A DNA stretch of 64,000 bases from contig NW_003314280.1 in assembly GCF_000143415.4 (NCBI RefSeq), positions 620,001-684,000 on the forward strand, read 5' to 3'. Within the stretch, counting starts at the first letter, position 1; every line of letters begins with the position of its first letter. The DNA is from Selaginella moellendorffii. Lineage: Eukaryota > Plantae > Lycopodiophyta. Positions 54,674 to 64,000 of the stretch are shown here, in pieces. The notes under the pieces were generated by a model. That model was given only the letters and a program-made list of their open reading frames with translations. It had not been told where the DNA came from and searched no databases. Position numbers and translations under genes: made by a program.

Positions 54674-57600
54674 CGCTGCCGGCTGGTCCATGGCCGACTC
54701 CTTCTGGCTCCACTGTTACAAATCTGCCACGTTTTTGTACTTCGTAAAGTCCCATTCTCTCTTTTGCAGCTGGATGCCAATATTTGGTTTTTCATTAGAC
54801 TAAAGAAATGGTTCTGGATTTTCACTCCAATCTTCCTGCACATGAAGATTCAGCGAGTTTTTGGAGATGTTTCCAATGTTGGATAACGTACAAGATATAT
54901 GTATACATAGTTGTTATATACTTTTGTGCGGATCCAACAGAAGCTGGCCCATTGAGAACTTTGAGAGTCTATAAATTCGCGGGACCACGATCACACACGT
55001 TCACGTTCCCATTTATAATGTTCCCTTTGTGATCAGTGATAAGTGAGCAGCGACGATCGAGCGAGGAAGGACCCGATTCAAGTACTATGACAGGAACACC
55101 CAAACCCGAAGGTGATCACTGACACACTGCGCAATTGAATTCGAGCTTCGTACCGCACAGCGAAAACGATTGAATATAGTGGAGTCTCAGAGGTGTTTGT
55201 GGCTGGAGAGGCAAACCAAAGTTTCTTGCTCCTTTTTTACAGCTGATTTGATTTGTGTGGACTCCTGGAGAAACATGCCAGGTGAAAGTGTTTGTTTAGG
55301 ACACGGGGTTCGACACCACACGTGAGATCGCAGGACAACTCATACCTGAGGAGCGATCAAGAGGTTTATAGCTAACTTGAGTCACCTTTCCTTCAATTCA
55401 ATGCTCGTGGAAACTCTCCTATCTCGTCTATAAGATCTGGGGACCAACGTTTTTCTTTATTCTCAAACTTAATCTGTGCTTTGGCGCATGAAATCTAGCA
55501 AAGCATTTGATTAAGTTGTGAGCCGGGAGACGAGGCGTCGCTCTAGGCGAGAATCAAGCGATCATTAACTTTGTAACCAGCTAGTTTTGGGATGAAACAA
55601 ACCAGAGCGATCATCTCATGCATTGGGAACAGCGTGTATGCTGCTGGCTGGCCACAGCCTTGCGCATAAAAACTAGAGCAACTTTTCTTTTGGTTTCTCT
55701 CAGTCGATCCGAAATGTTAGTGCTTTTGTAAGAGCTTGAGTCAACATGACAAGCTTTTGTATAGCCAAAAACACGAACTTCCACACCACACGTGCACTAA
55801 ATAGCGAGATACCTGGACAGAATCCTCAGAAGTTTGTGTCCTAGTTTACAGGTGAATGGGTCCCAAAATCAAGATGCCCAAAACCAAAACGTATAATGCA
55901 TGGAACTTGATTTCAAGTGACCGACCACAACCAATCCATCCATCAGCATCATCAGCCCGCACGCTCGCAAGGTTTACAAAACCATTCCATAGCTTTCGGC
56001 CAAATGGCTAAAATCTTGTTAAGTTCCGCGGGCGGGGGTAATTCAAACCGCAGTGTTGTCTGTGAAGTGGACAAGGTATGGATAGATTGGATGAACACCG
56101 TGCATATATAAAAGATCTTTTATATAGCAATGCAAAAACCCTCTTGATTGCATCTTGGATCCAAATTACGAGACAAGCGTTGTTTTTATGATCCATGATC
56201 CACGTTCACGTGCACTGATCATCACTGCCAAGCGAAAACCTTAAACCCTAAGTTAAACCCAAAACCCAAACCTGAACCCCTAAACTTTTGATGTTGATTT
56301 GCGAGAAAAGGTTGGTAGCATTCGCGCACCAGCTTTTGCTCACAAGAATGTCGTACGCTGGCCGGTTTGCTCTACACAAAATCCTGCCCATAAACATCAA
56401 GGCTGTTGGTCGCCTAACACTCATTTAATGCCCCAAAGTCCCGGACTAAACCATCCCAATGTCAATGAGAGGATTGACAATGTTTGGGATCTCACCACTC
56501 GCGCCGGGCTTCCAGCCCTTCCAACCAGGCCGCAGACTCGCCGGTGAAAACTCTTCCAGTGGAGAGGGAGACAGCGATTTTTGCTTGCATTAGCATTGCA
56601 TGATAGAGATCGAGCCCCGGGCTTGAGTTTCAATGCTGTCGATGGACAGCGATTGCACACGAGTTGCAAGCTGGGCGAGAAAAATCGCCCCATTTGGTCT
56701 TGCATGGCATCTTGTTTAGAGGCTTAGTGGGCGTTTAGGTAGCTAATTTGTTTTGTCAAATAAAGAAATACACTGGATCAAACCGTTGATTTTTATGATT
56801 TTAAATTCTTTTGAAATATGTTCGATCTTGTTTGCTTGTAGAAATAAAAAATTTCCGTTAGCAACAAAAACACGGTGCTGACTTTTGGTTAGATCTATCA
56901 GGGCGGACCAGCATTAATTTCCAGATAAACGGAAATAGGAAATATATATATAATTTATTAATATAAAAAGGAAAGAGGCCACCAAACTCCCACTGTTAGT
57001 TTTTCTTTTTTGCTTACAACAAAGAGACAGAAGCCGGAATTGCCCACCACTTCATTCATTCATTCATCCATTTCATCCCATTCATTCTCTCCTCTTCGAG
57101 GCTCACACACAAACTCTTACATGAACATAAAGTCACCTAATACTTTGCATGCCAATGCCAGGGCAAGCCACATCGCCAGTCGCTATTGCAAGACGAATAT
57201 CCACACGCGATGCCTTCCAAATCATAGAAGAACACGGATCAAAGCCAGTGTTAAGAACAAAGCGCGAGATCATATTGAAAAGTTGGCCGTGCTGACAATC
57301 CCGTGTCGACCGGGGCTTGTTGGAGGGGCCACACGACACACAAACTTTAATAAACTTGAAGCTCACAAACACGCACACACAAGGCCAGTCTTTGGGTCTC
57401 CTTCGCTGCAGTGCGCGGGGGTCAAAGTTCTGTAAGAGCGAGCGATCAAGATCAAGCTGGGGGATTTCCATTCTCATCGCCCTTCTCGCTCGTCTTGTTC
57501 CCTCTCGCTTGCTCGAAGCACCCGCGACAAGAGAGCCAGAGCTTTTGAAGTCGATAGCTCCTAAAGTTGCTCTTCGAGTGGGGCTCTCGCGTTATTCTTC

Positions 57601-57793
57601 CTGCCTGACACGAGAATGTGCTTGCTCGCTTAGCAAGACCTGTGTAGCTCTCCGAAAGCGTCGAAAGAGTTTCTAGAATCTCACCGAGACCGACTGTTGA
57701 CCGGCAGATTTCCTCCCATTCTTTTTTCTCTCCCGACCGTAGAGTTTGGCTCCTCTCCTAGAGCCGGGTCCTCCCACGGAGTACTCATCAGCC

Positions 57794-57800
57794 TATAAAA
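57794..57800 (+). promoter_or_regulatory. Candidate TATA box of the WRKY gene
   Basis: TATAAAA followed by GA-rich and CT-rich leader-like sequence; W-box at 57697. Confidence 0.4.
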
Positions 57801-58812
57801 TAAAAGAGAGAGAGGGAGAGGGACTGTGTTAGAAGAAGAAGAAGAAGAAGAAGCCAAGAGGCTGATAAACGCGCCCCGTTTGTCAACATACCATCATTTT
57901 CGTTCTCTCTTTCTTTTTTCTTCGTCCCTGCGGTGCTGCTGCTGCTGCTGCTTGCTCGAAGTACCAGCTGCCGATGCCACTGCGCACATTCCCCCACACG
58001 CTTCAAACTCTGGCTTGATCTCTCCCTTCCCGGCTTCAAGCTATTTTCCTTTCGAGCTGATATATCATATATCTATCCATCGCCTTGTGCTCTCCTCCGA
58101 GAGCTTTCCAATCCTCCTCGGACTCTCTCTAAATCTCTCCACCTGTGCTTGAGTGACTCACTCGGATGTTTCTAACTTGGTCGGAGCGTGTGAACGAAGA
58201 TCTATCCGGATAACTTTAGCTGCAAGCCTTGTTTGACCGGACGTGTTCTCTGGTGAATTTGCACTCTGGAGCTTTGGCAGCAGCAGCACCCCAGTAGTAG
58301 TAGCAGCATCAAGGTTCCATTTTCTATCCCACCTCTCTCTTTCTTTTCTATAGCAGTCTTTCACGAAGCTCGAGCAAAGCGTGTTCCTGAATGCGTGCCC
58401 GCCGCTGTAAAAGAATTCCCCGGGTTCTCACTGTAGACTGGACACGCTTCCTGTTTCCTTCCCGTTGTTTCTTCGCTCTCTTGGTTTTCATTGTCACTGA
58501 GGCGCCTGCTTGATCTCCTCTCACTCCACTTCGCAAATTCCAGTGCCTTTTCCAGGATCCAGCACCAGTGTTGACTAAGTCTTGCAGTCTCGATCATGCT
58601 CGTGGCTTCTAGAGCCGAGCGCTCGTGTGCAGTGTAAGAGAGTCTCGCTTATCTGTAGCTCAGGAGGAAGCTTTCGGCTATCGACGTCCGTGCAGCATCA
58701 GGTCTCTCCTCTTGGTCGGTTCTCGCGCTGTTTGGAACAAGTCGGGCCGCTCGAGAGCGAGAAATTGTGCGATCGAAGAGTACACATGAAAGCTTCGCAG
58801 GCGTTCGTCTAA

Positions 58813-60892
58813 ATGTCCAGTCTGATGCTCTCCGAGTCGACGCAGCAGCACTTGTCCTCGGCCTGGAATCCCGTCGGTAGTAGCATGCTATGCAAGCCAG
58901 AGACATTCTCCGCGAGCTTTCACGACCCCTTTGATCAGTCTTCCTTCTTCTCTTCGTCATCGTCTTCCCTCGAACAACAGCAGCAGCAGCAGCAACAGCA
59001 CGACGTTTTGCTTCCATCGCCTCGTCTCATCAGGTATGCTCATCATCTGTGGAGCAATTCGGGATCGCCCAAGGCGCTGGAGCTGAAGAATCCCGAGATT
59101 TTGCGAAAGACCTCGTCGCCATCGTCCTCCACTTCGCAGATCACTAACGAGGCCATGGAGGGCCGCATCCCCAAGCAAGAACTCTCGGAGAGCGAGCTCG
59201 ACGCGATCCTTCGAACGCTCTCCCACCAGCAGCAACAAAGTCACGCTTCCACTGTTGCTTCTTCCGGAATTCCATTCCACGAGTTGGCCGATCCCGACCA
59301 CCACCACCACCACCACAGTCAACAAGCTCCTCCCTCCTCGTCTGGATTGCAAACTCAAACCGCTGCCACGGCTGGATCTCTCTGGAACTTCCCCGAGCAG
59401 GATCCATTCAGCTCGTCACCGCCGGATCACCACCCATTCGCCTTCCACGCCGCGACCAACAGCGATCACAAAGACTCCAGCCAGTTCTCGTGGAGCTTCT
59501 CGGATCAACAGCAAGCGCCGCGCGATCGCCAGCAGCAGCAGCAGCAGCAACAATGGTTCTCGCAGCTCCAATCTTTTGGAAATCCTGCCGATGATCCAGC
59601 TCCACCTCTCTACTTCCAGACACAGCCACAGCAGCAGCACATGCCCGGTCAAGGCATCCTCGGCGCGCCACCGTTATTCATCCCGGATCACCTGGAATTC
59701 GAGGAGAAGCCCATCCTCGGCGGCGGCGCGGCTGCCACAGGCCTACCTGGAACACCGAATTCTTCCACATCCTCGTCGCTCAGTGACGGGCCCGACGATC
59801 AAGACGCCAGAACTGCCGCCGCTGCCGCCGCTCCTGCGAGCCCGTCATTGGGATCCGGAGCGCCAAATGTCGCTGTTGGGAGCTCCAAGCGCAAGATGCC
59901 GCACAATGGATCCGGCGATGGCGGTGATCCAGACGCGAAACCCTCGCCCGGTGGTGGAGACAAGAAGACGTGAGTTTCTTTCGTAAAGTTCTTTCTTTCA
60001 TTTCTTTCGCTGATCGATCGAGACTTTGATGCTTGCAGCAGCGCCAAGCCGCGCAAGAAAGGCCAGAAGAGGATCCGCGAGCCGCGCTATGCGATCCAGA
60101 CGCGCAGCGAGGTGGATATCATGGACGATGGCTACCGGTGGAGGAAGTATGGGCAGAAGGCCGTCAAGAACAGCCCTCATCCCAGGTAAGCTCCTCTCTC
60201 TCTCGTCATTTTTGCATTCGATCCATCTATCTCGATAGCAATTTTGACAATATCGTCGTGAGCGCGAGAGATTTTGGCTGATCCATCCAGGTTTTCGTTG
60301 CATCTAGGATCTAGATTTTTTTTTTCCTGTAGACTCTTTGCTCTTTTTTGGTCGAGCTCTAGCGTAGAATATTTACTTCTTTTCGAGCTGTAATGGATGA
60401 TCTTTCCACAGGAGCTACTATCGGTGTACCAACACGAAGTGCCCCGTGAAGAAGCGCGTGGAGCGTTCTTCCGAGGATCAAGGACTGGTGATCACAACTT
60501 ATGAAGGGATCCACAACCATCATAGCCCTGCCGTGCTGCGCAGCTCCGCCGAAGCTGCTCAGTATGCAGAGCGATCGTTTGCTGGTTACTCGCTCTACTC
60601 GGCTGGATTGCTCCATCACCACCTCAACTTTGCGGCTCCGCCGCCACCACTGCCGCCGCATAACTTCTCCACCGCCTCCTCCGCCAGGACCAACTTCGAT
60701 CTCACAATGCAGCTCACGAGAAATTCCAGCCAGCAGCAGCAGATGTATCGACCGGATCAACTGGAGCACCATCACCACCTCCAGCTCCAACACGCTCAAG
60801 AACAGCACGAAAACGTTGGGAGTGGCAGGGTGGCGGACGAGGGCCTCCTCGAGGACATGGTTCCAACGAGCTCACGAACGAGGAACTTATGA
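58813..60892 (+). CDS. WRKY transcription factor, group IIc, 3 exons
   Basis: polyQ/polyH N-terminus; [37 protein letters not shown]|[21 protein letters not shown]. Confidence 0.96.
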
Positions 60893-61409
60893 TATATTCG
60901 ATTCGATCGAGATCATCGTGGGACCAAGTTCAATCGGAGCCGAGAGCTCTATCGATCTGATCATCAAATCACTGACACAAAAGCTGATCAATGCGGAAAA
61001 CATCACCGAATAACTTTTGGGAGGATCGTTTTCGCTCGATGCTGACTCGAAACGATTTTGCAGACCTCATGTGCATTACAATGAAAATGGATCGACCCTA
61101 TCTCAGTGTACGGGAGTTTACGTGTGCATGGATAGGTGTGTTCTCACAACCTCCAGTAGAAGTTCATACACCCAATCCATGATGATTCCCGGATGTACGA
61201 AGATTATTCCCGGCTAGAGATTCCCCGCTCCACTAGCCCAACATGCATGCATGTGGTACGGCCGCGGCTATCCAGGAAACATCGAATAAACAAAAGAAAG
61301 GAAGTTGGCAAAACACACACATAGTTGAAGAGTTTCTATCGTTCTCCATTGGAAGAATCGATACATACGATCAAAGGTTTATAGATACAGATCAAAGGTT
61401 TGTAGGTGT

Positions 61410-61791
61410 TTGACTGGATCATCAAAAATCCCCTGCCTGGTCGGGAATGATCTTGTCCCATTTGTTCATCAAAAATATGCGATCGAGCGGAGAAAATAAG
61501 AATGGAAAGGGAATCCCCGCAAATTGACTGGCATTTCTTTTAAAGAGCCGATCTTGTTCTTGCGGCCGGTCAATTCTTTTTCTGGATCAACGAGCGCGCG
61601 AAGCTCTCGTTGGCCGGTCAGTCAACCGTGGTCAATGGAAGCGTTGACGAGCTGCTGACGAGTCGGTGGCGTCACCGCTGGGCACTAGTGTGAATGGAAC
61701 CATTTGGATTGTGGGCTGTGAGTGCGCTGCTCCCGCGCGAGAGCTCTTTGGCGGTGCTTTGGCTTGCTTTGACTGATCGAGCGCATTGACT
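61410..61791. promoter_or_regulatory. Downstream W-box cluster
   Basis: TTGAC(C/T) on either strand at 61410, 61524, 61568, 61620, 61630, 61769, 61786. Confidence 0.6.
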
Positions 61792-61847
61792 GGCTAACGA
61801 ACCCAGCGCGGTGCCACCGTAAGCATGAATCATTATCGCCGCGCTGC

Positions 61848-61848
<1 letters not shown>

Positions 61849-61876
<28 letters not shown>
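61849..61876. repeat. (GA)n microsatellite
   Basis: About 14 GA units. Confidence 0.9.
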
Positions 61877-61880
<4 letters not shown>

Positions 61881-63348
61881 AAGAATCAAAACAGAGCTCT
61901 CTTTAAGTTGCTAGATAGAACTCACCTGGGAAGGAAGAGCTCGGAAACTTCTACACATGTTGTCAGTCCGTGATCCTGCCAGAAGAAACAAGAAAAAAAA
62001 AAAAGATGTTATATCCTATTAGCTCGCTCTCGAGGATGGAACAATATACTCACCGGCTTAACAGTGCTCGACGAAATCATTGCCGAAGAAAAAAGGATGG
62101 CGCACTCCTGTTTTTTGCAGTGGTTGTGTTGCTTGTTCTCTCGCTCGCTCTCGTTCTAGACCCGTCCGTGACCGAATCCGGGGCCAGCTTTTTTAAGAAA
62201 AGCAAGCCAGCTGCATGAAGAGGCATGGTACGTCGGGAGCAATAGAAAGGAAAAAAAAAAAAACGGGGAAAAAAGAGTGTACCTATTAGCGGTACAATCC
62301 GTCGGTTGGATTCCCCATCTTTGCAGAGATTCGAAGCAGCCGAAGTCGAACGTTTGTGCTGCTGGCTTTTCTATTTTATTACTTTCTTGCGGCCAAGGCT
62401 GTTCCATCATCATGCCCCGCTTTTGAGAGGATTTCGGAATCCTTCGCGCTGATCAACGTTTACTTGTCAATGGCCTCTCCAAAAGAAGTTGAGAATCAAA
62501 TCGCAAACAAAAGCTTTCTTTCCTCTCCCCTTTTTCTTTTTGTTGGTACCTCGAGCGAAAGCTGTTGCAAGCACCTTCACCTCGTTTCCTTGAAGCTGCT
62601 TCCTCCTGCAAGTGGCCTTATTGTGCTGTAATCGGAGAACCAAGTGAGTCTTCCTTAAAGTAGTGATGCAGCTTCGTCTGTTTTTGTCAATTTCCCTGTT
62701 GGAGTCGTAAAGGCTGGATGGCGCTGCACAAAACGTGGTCGCTCGATATCAAGATATCTCGATAATCAAAGAAACTTCTTTTACCAGAATTTGAGACTCT
62801 GAAGCTCCCTCCAAGCATCCATCTCCATGACCGTGACCAGTGGATGCATCGTCGATTTGACGACTTTTAGAACGCTTGAAAAGCTGGGAAGGAAAAAGTG
62901 TTAAGGAAGTATTATTCTTGAAACGTAATGTCACCGTCCGGCGTTCTCCAAAAGCTGCTGAGAGCCCATCGTCTAGGCAACGTCGTTGTCTTGTTGCGTT
63001 CTAAAAGTCTGGACATATAAAGTTAAGTGTTGAAAGCACACACAAACCAGGATTGCAACTTTCTCCTGGCTGGAAGAACACGATTTAATCAATCTGTGAG
63101 CTAGCTTACCGACTTTACAGGGACGATACATATGTATGAAGATGAACACTGTGAAGACAACGGGGAAAGAAAATCGATACTCATACGTCGAGTGGTAGTA
63201 AATTAGCGAGCATATCCGGCTGTCTATTTGATTTATATCACTGTTAGAAGCAACACAAGTTTTCTTACACAACGCTATGATGAGTTTCTTGATGCAATGG
63301 CGGCCCTGGATACACAAGAAATAGAATGAAACTGCTTTCTTACTTCAG

Positions 63349-64000
63349 CTATTGCAGAGTTTTGATGTTGGCTTTCAAAGCTGGTGATTGTGTTGTCGGA
63401 GATTTTAGCAAACTAGAAACGCAGCGAGGGGAGCTCACCGATCTCTTGGGAGTTCCCATACGTCTTTGTCTCACAAGAGGGATCAGTGATTGGACAACGT
63501 CTGTGATAAGAGGCCTATAGTCCGGCTCCGGTTGAACACACATTGCAGCGATTGCAGCAACCTGCACGACAAATTAAGCTATATGCTGCTACTACGTTTT
63601 ACTTACTTGGACGAGCTCTTTCATGTTGTATTGACTCCTAAGATATGGATCCACCATTTGCGCCAGCTTTTCTCTATCAGTGAGCCGTGGAAGAGCCTGC
63701 ACTATTTAGTTAGTTGAGAAACATAATGTATGGTGGGAGCAGCTCACCCAATTAACGAGCACGTTTTGTCCCGGAGGGCGCTTCGCATCGACTGGAAGCC
63801 TCCCAGTTATGAGCTCCAAGAGAACAACCCCATAACTGTATACGTCGGACTTTGTTGTCAAGTGGCCTGTCATGGCGTACCTGCAACCATATCAAAGGCA
63901 ATCAAGTTGTTACAACTTGCACCAAGATTTGAATCTGGATTCTGGTAACACTTACTCGGGTGCGAGATAGCCCTGAGTTCCAAGAACTCGTGTAGAAGGT
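63349..64000 (-). CDS. 3' part of a Pelle/RLK-family Ser/Thr kinase (continues beyond the window)
   Basis: [14 protein letters not shown]|[27 protein letters not shown]..|[10 protein letters not shown]..|[13 protein letters not shown]. Confidence 0.93.

Noticed and set aside
56236-56285. Telomere-like AAACCCT cluster
   Set aside because: Short and degenerate; at most a telo-box, not an interstitial telomere array.
1-64000. CRISPR arrays, tRNA or rRNA genes
   Set aside because: None recognised by eye; tRNAscan-SE and Infernal were not run.

Overview
Gene-dense eukaryotic plant DNA. Introns of about 45-70 nt, intergenic gaps often under 100 nt and many PLS-type PPR genes and relics point to a lycophyte, most likely Selaginella (inference). 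In order, the window holds: a decayed PPR gene split by a young full-length Ty1/copia element (140-bp LTRs, CAGAC target duplication); an LRR receptor-like protein; a decayed Helitron; tryptophan synthase alpha; a PPR gene; SIK1-type MAP4K; PsbR; a phosphoglycerate-mutase-like gene; purple acid phosphatase; RAF2/PCD; an intronless PP2C; an AT-rich secreted B-lectin orphan; a PQQ/PVA-dehydrogenase-like gene; a DYW-PPR; a conserved unknown gene; a DUF1664 gene; a membrane-anchored hevein protein; uricase; an AT-rich block of decayed retroelements; DEG5; an L7/L12-N-domain/histone-H1-like chimera; an LRR-III RLK; a group IIc WRKY bracketed by W-box clusters; and the 3' end of a kinase. The most notable observations are (i) two independent head-to-head gene pairs that were duplicated and reciprocally decayed around inserted DNA, (ii) the L12-N/H1-tail chimera, (iii) the AT-rich lectin orphan and (iv) the hevein-TM protein. 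Exon structures were read by eye and no database searches were run.
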